This document shows, in pieces, positions 47,042-60,167 of a stretch of DNA of 64,000 nt (its first letter is position 1; each line of letters begins with the position of its first letter). Both the position numbers and the translations under genes were made by a program. The notes below the pieces were generated by a model, which did not search any database, was not told where the DNA came from, and saw only the letters and a program-made list of their open reading frames with translations. Where the stretch lies: positions 12,276,001 to 12,340,000 of the forward strand of contig NC_047015.1 in NCBI RefSeq assembly GCF_902652985.1. Direction: 5' to 3'. Origin of the DNA: Pecten maximus (lineage: Eukaryota).

Positions 47042-50000
47042 ATGCCGGTCACGCTCAGAGCAAAATGTATAATTGTTGGTATGTATATTCGTTCTATATT
47101 AACTACAAACCGACGAAGGCAGTAATACATGTACCATATCTTGGTTTTCCAGAATTCCAGAAACTCAATCCTACAAACGAGCCCTCCCTCCCTCCAACAA
47201 TGTTTCATTAGGCCTACTCGGTAGTCTCAACACGGCTAGACTCTTTTGACAGGCGCGTAGCAGTTCAAGAACATCAGATTATAAATGTCTGGCCAGCGGC
47301 CTCTCATGTTATTATGTTATAGGAGTACCCCCCCCCCCCCCCCCCCCCCCCCCCACCACCCCAAATACAGTTATTTTGCGCCCGGTCCCCCCCTAATGGC
47401 ATATCCACATATACGTACCATCATTTCTGCTGCCGTGTCTTCTAGAATTCCATATACATACCCGAAGGCAGTAATACATGTACCATATCTTGGTTTTCCA
47501 GAATTCCAGAAACTCAATCCTACAAACGAGCCCTCCCTCCCTCCAACAATGTTTCATTAGGCCTACTCGGTAGTCTCGTTAAGATTTTGGTGCAGGTAAT
47601 ATACAATCATTTATGGATAAATGAGATTTTCATTTACCCCCAAACACCTCTTTAGTCCCAATTAAGTGTTTTCTCACAAGCCTGATTACCATGGCATTTT
47701 TGCCATAGGTGTTTTTTATGACGCCAAATAAAATCCTATTATACCGAAGCAACAAAACTCGGATATGGGCCATATCTCTGTTCTTCGGTTACTTCAGCTA
47801 GCTAAAGGTCTGTTTTTTTTTGTTCTGACACCAACCGACCTTTAGCAACCGAACCCTATTTGACACTGCAAGTTTCGCCCTGATTTTAGGGTGGAAAGAA
47901 AGAGAAGATAATATCATCAGTATTCATAAGTCTAAACTTGGTGACAACTTTGTGTGCTTACAGTTTAGGTAACATATATCCCATTTAAAGAGTCCAATTC
48001 ACACAGAATCAATAATACTAAATTGACACAAAACACTTTGCTACACTATTCCACCCTTTCACGTGATCTATTTTAAACATGGAGGCATTGGTTGTAAAAA
48101 AATAGCAAGCGGAAAAAGTATCCAGTGCAAGCTTTTCGTTTGTTTTTGCTTTATTTTCCATTTTTGTATTTAATGGGCTGCCATTGTTACCGGAATGAAG
48201 CCTGGAAATGTAAATAATCGTGATTGTATGTCTTTGAGTGCTATTTTTGTGGATTTACTTTTTATATTTTAGTAATGATGGATTAAAATTAAAGGTAATA
48301 ACATGACACTGTAAAACCTTAAACGTAAATTAACTGCTTGATATGGTCAAAATCCTGATTTTGAAAATTTTACATTCTGTGCAGTGTAAATCCGTCTTTG
48401 TTAGAGGTTACACGGCGCCTGTCATAAGTTTCTCGCAGTTATCCTCTAACATTGTTGAGTATTCTTCGGTGTTCTATTCCATCAGTATACAAAAATTTCA
48501 CACTTATGTAAAAAATGATGTATTCTTGCATTAGATATAACAGGTTTTGGGAAATGATAAGCTTTCTTGATTTAAACTACATATATATACCTGGCTGGTA
48601 TGTATATACATGTAAGAAGTAAAAAAAAAAAAATAATATTTGGTCTTTTTGGTCGATTGTATTCTGATATGGGTGGTTAGTTGCACTGTCACTTACAAAA
48701 TACTGAGTCAACAGTGTGAAAATTTGAGCAGGGGAAAGTGAGGGGCCTAATAGATGGATAAACCATCAATGAGAATATTAATTTAGTTAATATGTTATTA
48801 ATACTTTGAGTGGTGGGCAATTGTATCTGCATAAAATTACAGGGGAGTCTCGTTACACCAGTAACCAGATCCCTCACTAGTAGGGGTCCAGCTTGTTTTA
48901 CAACTGGTACAGTTGTGTAAATAAAGAGTCAGCTGGCATCTGGGACACCAACATTGCATTAAGCAGGTCTCACCCTTATCAAATAGCAGATGACTTAATT
49001 TGGTTATGTGTAATCTGTAGGGTGACACCCCCCCCCCGGTCAGCAGACTGTTGTTAACTTGTAGTGTATAGTGTAGTAGGAGGACCACTGCACTGTTTAA
49101 GTTTTATATATTATAATAACTACAAAAAATAATGATATTGCTTATTGTTATTTCACTCTATTATAATTATGTATTATGCTAATAAATCATGGTCTGAAGT
49201 ACTAGTCAGTATAATTTGTTGCTGTAATATGTTTTTTATCTCTTAAGTCAGCATTTCTGCCAGAAAATTGGATTGATATGAAGCTAAATGAGTGTTTCGG
49301 GACAAATAAATAATCCATTTATCCCCACATGTAAGATGTAAGGTAGATGTTATGTCACGTGTCGTCTGATTTTATTATGTTTGCAACAAATTCTTAGTGA
49401 TACCAAACAGTGTTAGAGAATTCCATGTTTTCATATATAGTAGTGTATACATGTGCTCTGGCCCCCTACACCAGACACGATGTCCAGGCCAGGGGAAACT
49501 TGGGCTACATTTGAACATAACTCAGTTAATTAAGCTAATGAACAATTATTGCAATAAGTCCAAAAGTTGTTTATAAACATCCCCAGAGCAGATGTATTTT
49601 TATCAGAATTTTTTTTTTGTCAGCTTGGTAAAGCTATTAATACCTTTTATAGCAATATTTAGCTACTGCATATAATAGCAATAAATTAGCATGTGCCAAG
49701 CTATTCAGAATTTTCTGACGATCTTGCTATGCAGATATATCAGAAAATAAGCAATTTTTCCAACCCACCCTCGGTTGGCATTTGAACATTCCCCCAATTT
49801 CCTTCAACCTAAAACATGAATTATATAATATAAAGGTAAGATAATAAATATATTTTACTCACTCATCATCATTCACTAAAATATGCATCTGTATACTTTG
49901 CCATATTGTTTTCAGAAAGTTTCAAAGCTACCAACATAGTTTAAATCTGACCTCAGAGGGTTTTTTTGTCAGATCTGTTTACTTTACATTGAAATCTAGA

Positions 50001-50986
50001 TCTTGTGAGATCTTTTGTCCTGGTGATGGCGGCCATTTTCAAAACTTTGTTGTATATATTTAGTGAATGATGATGATCAGTGAGTAAAATATGTATGTAA
50101 GCTAATGCAATATTATCTTATCTTTTGATTGATGTATACATTTTTAAAGTCAGGTTGAAGGGAATGGTACAAATTGGCACAAGGCAGCTTTCAAGGCGAT
50201 ATTAACATCAGAACCCTTTGGATTAATGTCCAATTAGCAACCTGCCTGCTCTGGTTCCAAACTGATGATTTTGTAGTCCCCTACTGATAAAACCGGGGAA
50301 GGGGGGGGGGGGGGGGGGGGGGGGGGGTGAGGAATATATATAGGTTTCCTCCTCAGCCGTCTGTGACAGGCCATCCTCTCAGATTTGTGCAATTTTCTCA
50401 TGATAAGCCATGATTCAAGGTATGTTGGTCAGAGTTGGTATGTAACTTCAGTATTAGTAGCTACAGATCAATTAAGTTTGAGTTTCAGGGTTTTTTGGTC
50501 AAGGTCACTATTAATTTAGTAGGGGTCAGCTGTAGGGGACTTGCTTTACAGTGTAGCAATACTCTCAGAATGCTTTTTTTTTTTCATTTCTAAATATTTT
50601 ATTGTTAGAACAACAGACTTAGCTTATGTAAGTCCTTTCCTAAATATTTGATAGATCTAGATTTCCAGTATCATATTAAATACATAATGGATCAAATTGT
50701 GTTGTGTAGTAGGACAATATGAAAGAAGTTACTATCTATATATTAAGTGAAATAACAAAAACAGCACACACTCACTTGCATGCAGTGATTTAATAGTATT
50801 TGAATTGATAGAATTTATACATACATGTTATAACTTACTAATAAGATATTATTTGTAAATTATGAAGTGTTTATATATATATACTTCTTTGCCCCATATA
50901 ATCATTACAAGTAATTTGTATCCTCCATACATTTATGTGAGGATCCAGTGTTATCTGGATTATACTGTTTATATTACTTCTTTGAC

Positions 50987-51020
<34 letters not shown>

Positions 51021-54000
51021 GTTACACAACGAGTGGTTGTTGGATATGGAATTTATTCCACACGAGTAAGTTATTTTTTAAAAGTTACAAAAGACACAAG
51101 CTTTAGCGAGTGTTTTTTGCAACTTTTAAAAAATGACTTACGAGTGTGAAATAAATTCCATATCCAACAATTTCGAGTCGTGTGACCTGTTTCTACCACA
51201 ATAATATCGGCTTGAATCAAAGGGAAACGTGACCAAGTATAATTTTGCGTATGCAAATAAAGTGTACCGGTGACGTTCGAGACCCGGTGATGTTGTGACG
51301 TCATTAGATTATTGATGACGTCAATAACAATTGCAGCTTGGGTCAAAGTTCACCGTGTTAGCCAATCAAAATGCGTACAGAGTTTATACCACGTGTGGTA
51401 TAAACAGATTGTTAATCAACAGTTGTAATGATTAACTGATGGTCTGAGAGTTGAATAACACGGGGTATTGTGGTAGAAATATATATATACTCTGAAAAAT
51501 GATTTTGTGGTTGCTATGATTCATGCAGCCTTGTCTCATCAGATGTTGCTTCAGTCTGACAGATGCCTCCACTTTCTGTTGATAACTTGTGTCACAAGAA
51601 TATGTATGTATACAACTAATTACTCCATAATTGTTAAACTGAACTGTTTCAGGTGATACAACTGTTGGAAAAAGCTCTCTTTGCCAGATGTTTCACAGTG
51701 ATGGGTCTCACTTTGCAAAGAACTACACAATGGTAATTTTATACGTAAAAACAGGGTATTGGTCGGTATATATGTACCTGACTACCTGTATATACCTTTC
51801 TATACTGTGGGTGAGAGTATTGGTCGGTATATATGTACCTGTATAAACCTTTCTATACTGTGGGTAAAAGTATTGGTCAGTATATATGTACCTGTATATA
51901 CCTTTCTATACTGTGGGTAAAAGTATTGGTCAGTATATATGTACCTGTATATACCTTTCTATACTGTGGGTGAGAGTATTGGTCGGTATATATGTACCTG
52001 TATATACCTTTCTATACTGTGGGTAAAAGTATTGGTCAGTATATATGTACCTGTATATACCTTTCTATACTGTGGGTGGGGGGTATTGGTCAGTATATAT
52101 GTACCTGTATATACCTTTCTATACTGTGGGTGGGGGTATTGGTCGGTATATATGTACCTGTATATACCTTTCTATACTGTGGGTGGGGGTATTGGTCGGT
52201 ATATATGTACCTGTGTATACCTTTCTATACTGTGGGTGGGGGGGTATTGGTCAGTATATATGTACCTGTATATACCTTTCTATACTGTGGGTGGGGGTAT
52301 TGGTCGGTATATATGTACCTGTATATACCTTTCTATACTGTGGGTGGGGGTATTGGTCGGTATATATGTACCTGTATATACCTTTCTATACTGTGGGTAA
52401 AAGTATTGGTCAGTATATATGTACCTGTATATACCTTTCTATACTGTGGGTGAGGGGTATTGGTCAGTATATATGTACCTGTATATACCTTTCTATACTG
52501 TGGGTGGGGGTATTGGTCGGTATATATGTACCTGTATATACCTTTCTATACTGTGGGTGGGGATATTGGTCGGTATATATATATATGTACCTGTATATAC
52601 CTTTCTATACTGTGGGTGGGGGGGTATTGGTCAGTATATATGTACCTGTATATACCTTTCTATACTGTGGGTGTGGTATTAACCGGTCCTAGGACTAACT
52701 TTGAAATATCTATGCGACTAAATATTCAAATGCATTTTAATTCCATTTACAGACTGCTGGTGTTGAGTTGCTGGTAAAATCTGTGAATATTCCAGAGACC
52801 AGAGATTCAGTGGTATGTACCGTAGATCAGGTTATGTTAACAGTACATTGTACCTTGTATAACATAATGTTGTAGGAATATAAATACAAAATTACTATAA
52901 TACATAGTACATGTGTTTAACTAAAGTATTACATTGGGTGACAGTTGTGAAATCTACCAGTACAGTGTTCTACCAGGTGTAACTACTGGGTAATATTTTT
53001 TAGCATTTTTAAATTGGAATTTGATGATGACATGAGCTTTTTCAACAGTAAAATTTGATTAATGTGTTGTGTTGTGTGTTGAAGTGAACTTCTTTATTTT
53101 AAAGGAGCTGTTTTTGTACGACTCTGCTGGAAAAGAAATCTTTTCAGAACATGTACAGAAATATGTAAGTTACAACCATTGATGAAAATCTAGTCCGTTA
53201 TTCAATTGCATATACCGTATATTGAATTTTTTTTTCTGAAACATGCACTCCAAAAAAGTTAGATATCTTTATTTTTTGTTAAGTACAAGTCAAACAAATC
53301 ACATATTCAGTAATCTGTTCCTGTACAGCCTCAGGCCAGTCAAGTGTCCTATTTAGGACTGGATCATGTGGTTAATTTAGCAATCTCTGGTGCATAATTT
53401 GGTCTCTAACTGGAGAGTTAGCATTTGTAGACAGAATATCTGTCAATCAAACACTGTAGATCTCCAGTTTGGAGAATCCGTCAAAACTGGCTATTTCTCT
53501 TTGAACTTAGTTTATTCTGAACGCAGGCAATAGCTGCCTCTATATTCAGATCATAATCCATATATATTTAAATATAAGATATAAAAGTATTTTTTAATTG
53601 TGACATTAGCATTATTGTGAATCTTCTTTCATCGCATCCCAAAAATTTATCCAAACAGTTTTCAAAAGTTAGTAGATTTGTATTGGTTTTATTACTTAAG
53701 ATCTCATTACAATTTAAGGTACTTACGTAAATCCACTCTGGTATAGATAAAAACATTAGATAAATTGAAATAATTTGTTTATATAAAAATCTTGTTAAAT
53801 ATTCTATTAAAAAGTGCTATAAAGTATAAACATCAAAAGAGTTGTGATAACATTCTTAAGGCACTGATCATAAAATCATAGTGTGTGTCATTCATAAAAA
53901 ATGTAGAGGGCATAATGTACAATTGCAACTATATCAAGTAAATCTACAGATAGATAAGCTTTGGATTTTAAATGGTTTGCTTGTTGCTATACCAGAGGAA

Positions 54001-56872
54001 GTCTGATGCATAGGATGATTTACATTGTCAGGTTAGCAGGCCTGAACTCCCTCAATTCTCTGAGAATGGTGGCGATGAAATCTAATTATAAAACAGTGCA
54101 CCTTCAACATTTAGCTCTAGTCATGTGCAATTTTCTTTGATAATGTGACTACCTAGTGTCATAAAAGCTGTATGTTATATTTGCTTTCTCAATGGGATCA
54201 TCCAGGTGTTATAATGGTTGTTTATATATATATTAATGTTTTCTCAGTGGGACCATGTGTACCCTGGTGTCATAACATATGGTTGTTTATATATATATAT
54301 TAATGTTTTCTCAGTGGGACCACCCTGGTGTCATTATAGTTGTTTATATATATATTAATGTTTTCTCAGTGGGACCACCCTGGTGTCATTATAGTTGTTT
54401 ATATATATATTTATGTTTTCTCAGTGGGACCACCCTGGTGTCATTATAGTTGTTTATATATATATATTAATGTTTTCTCAGTGGGACCATGTGTACCCTG
54501 GTGTCATAACATATGGTTGTTTATATATATATATTAATGTTTTCTCAGTGGGACCACCCTGGTGTCGTAATGGTTGTTTATATACATATTTATGTTTTCT
54601 CAGTGGGACCACCCTGGTGTCATTATAGTTGTTTATATATATATTAATGTTTTCTCAGTGGGACCACCCTGGTGTCATTATAGTTGTTTATATATATATA
54701 TTAATGTTTTCTCAGTGGGACCACCCTGGTGTCATTATAGTTGTTTATATATATATTAATGTTTTCTCAGTGGGACCACCCTGGTGTCGTAATGGTTGTT
54801 TATATATATATTAATGTTTTCTCAGTGGGACCACCCTGTGGGTGGTCGTAATGGGTTGTTAATATATATTAATGTTTTCTCAGTGGGGGACCACCCTGGT
54901 GTCATTAAAGTTGTTTATATACATATGTATTGTTTTCTCAGTGGGACCACCCCTGGTTTCATTATAGTGGTTATATATATAATAAATGTTTTCTCAGTGG
55001 GACCACCCTGGTGTCATTATAGTTGTTTATATATATATTAATGTTTTCTCAGTGGGACCACCCTGGTGTCATTATAGTTGTTTATATATATATTAATGTT
55101 TTCTCAGTGGGACCACCCTGGTGTCATTATAGTTGTTTATATATATATATTAATGTTTTCTCAGTGGGACCACCCTGGTGTCGTAATGGTTGTTTATATA
55201 TATATTAATGTTTTCTCAGTGGGACCACCCTGGTGTCGTTATGGTTGTTTATATATATATTAATGTTTTCTCAGTGGGACCACCCTGGTGTCATTAAAGT
55301 TGTTTATATACATATTTATGTTTTCTCAGTGGGACCACCCTGGTGTCATTATAGTTGTTTTTGATGTGACAAACGAGACATCTTTCTCAAGTTGCGCGAA
55401 GTGGTTAGAACGGGTGCGATCACAGAAGCCAGATGTACACATGCCAGGTAAGTGTTTCCATATTCAATTATACATGTATATTCATTGAAAATACTAATGC
55501 ATAGGTCACCTGCACCTGAGACGAAGTCTCAAGTGACATTTTCTAATCACCTTTTGTCATTCATCTTGCCAAAGGAAGTCACATTTTTGACGGTCATTTT
55601 TAAAAATTTCTATTGGAATTCATTCTAACTTGGTTCAAACCAGCAGCATGGGATGACAGTTTGATAGCATGCCCATGTTGGTCCTAACTGATCCCATGGG
55701 CTGATGGACGGGACCAAAAAGGGTCAAATTAACTTAATTATTTCAAAACTCAGGTGACAGCTAAGGCCCATGGGCCTCTTGTTAAATATATTACATCTAT
55801 AGATGTTTTAATGCTATGTAATAATTTTCCGTTATTCTGATTAGGACAATGAAATAAGGTCTGTTAAACAACCCCAGTAGACAATTACTGTCAAAATAAT
55901 ATAGATTGGAATGTCCAGTACCACAGCTATATCGATGGAAGGGAGACAACTATAACTGCTGTAAATTTTGAGTGGAAAATACATGGTTAGGGAAAGATAA
56001 TGTAAGGATGATGATATAGGGATCTAAAATAAGATATATGTGGTTATTGGTGGGTCACAGAAAGTCTCTCAAATTCCACCTATTTATTTCTGGTTAAGCC
56101 CTGCAATGATTTTTTAAAATGTGATTTTCTGGTTTTACTGAAGCAGTTATCCATATATTAAATGTTCTGTTGTACAGGAGTTCTGATAGGAAACAAAATT
56201 GACTTGGAACAGAGACAGGTGATCAGCCCAAAGGCTGCCACACATTTTGCTGAATCGAATGGCCTGAAATACTTTGAGTGTTCTTCTGTAAGTAAATAAA
56301 CTTGAGCTGTGAAAAGCATATAAAATACTTAATTATAAATATCCTGTCAATGAGAAGTTTATTGTCACAAATCATACTGTCCAGTAGTCCAATTACTATA
56401 CAATGTGTTACTGGTGATAAGTTCAAGACAGGGCACACACATTATGTACAGTTTGTATGTTAGATGTTCTCAATTCTCAAACTGGGTAAAGTTTAATATC
56501 CACTATATTTATTTAAGTGTATTTTGTGGGTAACTACTGGGTAATTATTTCATAAATTAATGCATCTCTGAAATGGTAATTTAAAAAAAAAAAAAAAAAA
56601 ACATAGAGGTTAGGCCTAAAAATGTTTCTGATTATACAGCATATGGTTTATATCATAAACAATTAACTACATTTCATATTGATGGATGATTTTCTAGTTT
56701 AAAATAATCTTCTTATGCAATCGATTTTGTGCAAAGATGTTAAATGTTTGTCTTTTATTTTATTTTACAGAAAGAATTCCAGAATGTGGAAGCGCCATTC
56801 TACTATATAGCCAATGAATTCTACAAAATCTATCAAGAACGTATTGAACATTTCAAGACACTATCCTTATGA
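47042..56872 (+). CDS. IFT27: Intraflagellar transport protein 27 (Rab-like 4 GTPase), 7 exons, 188 aa
   Basis: Exons 47042-47078, 51653-51732, 52753-52812, 53105-53164, 55330-55447, 56178-56287, 56771-56872 (567 nt). Translation: MPVTLRAKCIIVGDTTVGKSSLCQMFHSDGSHFAKNYTM..ELFLYDSAGKEIFS..WDHPGVIIVVFDVTNETSF..GVLIGNKIDL..FECSSKEFQNVEAPF..KTLSL*. No CAAX tail; AATAAA at 56960. Confidence 0.95.
47114..47577. repeat. 115-bp direct repeat pair flanking a poly-C-containing spacer, IFT27 intron 1
   Basis: 47114-47228 appears identical to 47463-47577. Confidence 0.85.
49799..50164. mobile_element. Degenerate MITE with long imperfect inverted arms
   Basis: CCTTCAACCT / AGGTTGAAGG termini; TATTTTACTCACT..CATCATTCACTAAA is mirrored at 50056-50091. 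Confidence 0.5.
50272..50575 (+). mobile_element. Short HINE-like element containing a poly-G run
   Basis: Subterminal inverted repeat AGTCCCCTAC / GTAGGGGACT, T-rich flanks. Confidence 0.4.
51017..51480 (+). mobile_element. Non-autonomous element inserted in (TA)n with a ~170-bp 5' hairpin and an internal/terminal inverted repeat
   Basis: Hairpin 51019-51188; TTTCTACCACAATA (51190) pairs with TATTGTGGTAGAAA (51466); (TA)n on both sides. Confidence 0.65.
51755..52680. repeat. ~53-bp satellite, about 17 copies, IFT27 intron 2
   Basis: Unit GTATTGGTCRGTATATATGTACCTGTATATACCTTTCTATACTGTGGGTGGGG. Confidence 0.94.
54181..55360 (+). repeat. 55-57-bp tandem repeat spanning the IFT27 intron 4 / exon 5 junction (20 intact acceptors plus one degenerate)
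   Basis: Unit (TA)nTTAATGTTTTCTCAG|TGGGACCACCCTGGTGTCATTATAGTTGTTT; only the last copy continues into the exon. Confidence 0.95.
55501..55783 (+). mobile_element. Short HINE-like element, IFT27 intron 5
   Basis: GTCACCTG ... CAGGTGAC subterminal inverted repeat and 3' palindrome AGGCCCATGGGCCT. Confidence 0.55.
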
Positions 56873-57279
56873 TAGATCTTCATTTTGAACAAGAGACTTT
56901 TGAAATATTGTACTCTATACATTCCTCCGTCCATCTGTTAAATAGATTTTTTATGTCCAAATAAAATTAGTATGCAACATATTATTGTGTCCTTTACTTT
57001 TTGAAAACATATAATATTATGACAGTAAACAATGACGAGATATCTATATACAGAGCATAAAGGCTAGCCAGGGATTCATTTTGTATTCACATGTTCCTTG
57101 TTAGTGAAAATAAATACATATATGAATACAAGTACATATGAATGAATATAGAGCAGTGAATGTAGACTGGCAAATTTGATTTCCTCTTAAAAAGATATTG
57201 GTGTCACTAAAGAAAATATAGATTTGATAAGCATATATGTATATAAAAGTAAACAAAGTCCATGATGGAGTTCTATGGC

Positions 57280-57730
57280 AAACAATGGAATTATATATTG
57301 GTTTAGTGAGTCGCAAACATGCAAATCAAATCTGGTGCCCTCATCTCGAAAATACTTAGAAATGATAGAAAATGTTCAATGTCGAGCAACAACACAAGAA
57401 CCTGTGCTAAAAGCCTTATACAGCGAGATTATAGAAAGTAACGGATCACAGAAAGTACCAGATAACAGAAACTACCAGATTACAGAAACGACCAAATTAC
57501 AGAAACTACAGAAACTACCAACACTAGCATTTAGGAGATAACGTGGCGACATAGAGGTCTAATATTGTCAATCAGGGAAGGCTCTTCAATACGTGGCCAT
57601 GACTTGTAAATAGATCTGTATAAAGCTCTTGAGAATGAAATTAGAATGCGTTGTTTACACAAAGAAATGTCAAGGTATGGAACAATCTTCCTTCCAATGT
57701 TGTATAGATTACTGGAAAAAACATTTATCA
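57280..57730 (+). mobile_element. Decayed CR1-clade LINE, ORF2 C-terminal fragment
   Basis: Frameshifted pieces ANQIWCPHL, IENVQCRAT, KLPTLAFRR*RGD, IRGHDL and WNNLPSNVV match, in order, the CR1-type tail (IENVQRRAT, LPTLxxRRxRGD, TRGH, WNxLP). Confidence 0.7.
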
Positions 57731-58780
57731 AAATATCGTTTTAAAGAAAAAATCAAACTATGAATAGTACACCTTTAAAAGTAATATTTCTATTTCATAG
57801 CTCAATGTCAAAGGATCGATCGTGAAATCATACTTTTTAGAATAAAAAATTATGTAGTTATGTATAATTGAGGTTCCTAATTAGTCAAAATAACCTGAAA
57901 ATTGGTCTGTAACGGTTTTAAGGGATAGCAAATACCATTGTGCTACTTCCAAAACAGTAGATGTCATTTGGTCACCAATGATGGGTAGTGGGGTTTTAAG
58001 TTAGTCATCGGATTAAGTTCTAGTTTGAATTATGAATGGTTTTGAAAAGAATTTATAACATTTTCTTCTATTGTTTTGCCCTAGATGTGCAATATTACGT
58101 TCAGAAATGGCTTACCCAGTAGTTTATCGATGGGTTGAAAGGTGATGTTGCCTCATCTACAGAACCTATCCCCTTCAATAATAAGGTGATTTTGCTTCAA
58201 TAATGATATTGTCTGTGATTGTATCTTTGACCCTCACACATTTTTCTGAATGCTTGAGAGGATATCGATCAAATTTTATGTTAAACATCACTGAGCGGAG
58301 GTAAATCATTTCTTAAATAAGTGATGTTTCTTCAGGCCAGAACAATATTTAGTACTCCTGAAGTGTAAAATAAGTGAAAGCTTGCATTGAAATCGTTAAT
58401 TACTCCTCCAAAAATAATCCAATATTGTTTGGAAGATCATTTGGGGATGGCAATTAATATGCCCCTGGAGTGAGGAGGGGAGGGATAGGACCCAGTCTCG
58501 ACCAAACCTGATGTGAAACATCTGTGTGACAGGACAGATATTTCTTTAATAACCAGTTTACAATTATTGTTGCATAAAACGATCGTCACCTGCCGCCGAT
58601 TAAATTTTGGAAGCACCATAGATCTTGATAGCAATGAAAAGATGTCTCATTTTAACAATAATGTTTAGCAATAAACAGTACAAAGACGCGACACACAACC
58701 AAATGTAAGCTGTTAAACCGTCAGTATCTGTTATGTCACATTCGTCCCGAACCTCTCGTGTGTTCATCCTGGTATCACCA

Positions 58781-59090
58781 ACATAGCCTCACGACTCCTG
58801 GAACATTGTGTTTCCCATGCTGTCCGGCATCCCCACATAACCTCACAACTCCTGGAACACTGCTTCCCATGCTGTCCGGCATCCCCACTTAGCCTCACAA
58901 CTCCTGGAACATTGTGCTTCCATGCTGTCCGGCATCCCCACATAACCTCACAACTCCTGGAACACTGCTTCCCATGCTGTCCGGCATCCCCACTTAGCCT
59001 CACAACTCCTGGAACATTGTGCTTCCATGCTGTCCGGCATCCCCACATAACCTCACAACTCCTGGAACACTGCTTCCCATGCTGTCCAGG
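58781..59090. repeat. ~54-bp minisatellite x6 with two alternating variants
   Basis: Unit ending CCTCACAACTCCTGGAACA..CCATGCTGTCCGGCATCCCCAC. Confidence 0.85.
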
Positions 59091-59156
59091 GGCCCTACAG
59101 AATACCTTCGCTGCCAACAAATGTAAGGTTCACTGGTAATACAACTGAGTGGTCAT

Positions 59157-59308
59157 CCACCAAAGTGGTGATCATGCTCAACAAAACCACCTAAGTGCTG
59201 ACCATGCTCAACAAAACCACCCAAGTGCTGACCATGCTCAACAAAACCACCCAAGTGCTGACCATGCTCAACAAAACCACCCAAGTGCTGACCATGCTCA
59301 ACAAAACC
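59157..59308. repeat. 30-bp minisatellite x5
   Basis: Unit CCACCCAAGTGCTGACCATGCTCAACAAAA. Confidence 0.88.
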
Positions 59309-60167
59309 TAGCGGTTGGACTACTTATATCCATGTATCGTCTTTATCAAGACGCCAACCTTGCTCGAACTATAAAAAAAGTTAATTTTTCTTGACTGTAT
59401 TATGAACGTCGCGAGATTTGGCTAAACCCATCCTCATTTTGAACTAACGCGGATACTTCATCAAATTATTAATGCCACGAGGGGTTGAGTCAACACGTTC
59501 CTAGGACACAGAATGAAGAATTGACCAGTAAGTAATTTAATATTCGGACCTTGGAGTTTATTTTTCATTTTGATATATCGGAACGCGTCAAGGACCAGTG
59601 ACTAAGCCAGTCCGTAGCCATAATACCGAACTACTCGGCAGTTCATTGAACAGCATTACCATCCTTCACCATAACTCTGCCCAAGCTGGCATACCGCCGT
59701 ACCTTTCATACAAGGGAAACCATGTAATTATTTGCAGTTAATTCTTAATCGATTCCGTGTTTTTTCACTTTGAAGAAAATTAAGGCTGCAGCAGTTGAAC
59801 ACTCAACATGTTTTTATTCTGGTCTGCTTCCTCATTATACTATGGTCAAGTTGTATACTACCATCTATTCTAAAACGTTACAAAAAAAAATGAAAAAAAC
59901 TCAAACTGAAAGGAGGACAGATAGAAGTTTTGAATCACATCCCTGCTTCAAGGACTATACACTTATCTTCCGAATCCATAACAACATTTTAAAAAAGAGC
60001 CCATGTTCTGCTGTTGATCCCCATTGATTAAACAGAAAACTCGATATTCAAATTAAAAGTATTAGCTATAAAGATCAGTTATTAATGACCTAGTGATATA
60101 GTTCACGGTTTAAAACTAAATGTTCAAATTTAAAGTATTAGTCATAAAGATCACTTATTAATGTTGA

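Noticed and set aside
47285-47560. Proline-rich ORF
   Set aside because: Product of a poly-C run within IFT27 intron 1.
47685-47700. RFX X-box candidate ATTACCATGGCATT for IFT27
   Set aside because: Both terminal positions of the consensus are broken.
51939-52777. Overlapping Tyr/Gly-rich ORFs resembling shell-matrix or keratin-associated proteins
   Set aside because: All three frames give the same peptide cycle from a ~53-bp intronic repeat.
57275-57541. 88-aa ORF as a novel gene
   Set aside because: Explained as a frameshifted CR1-type LINE remnant.
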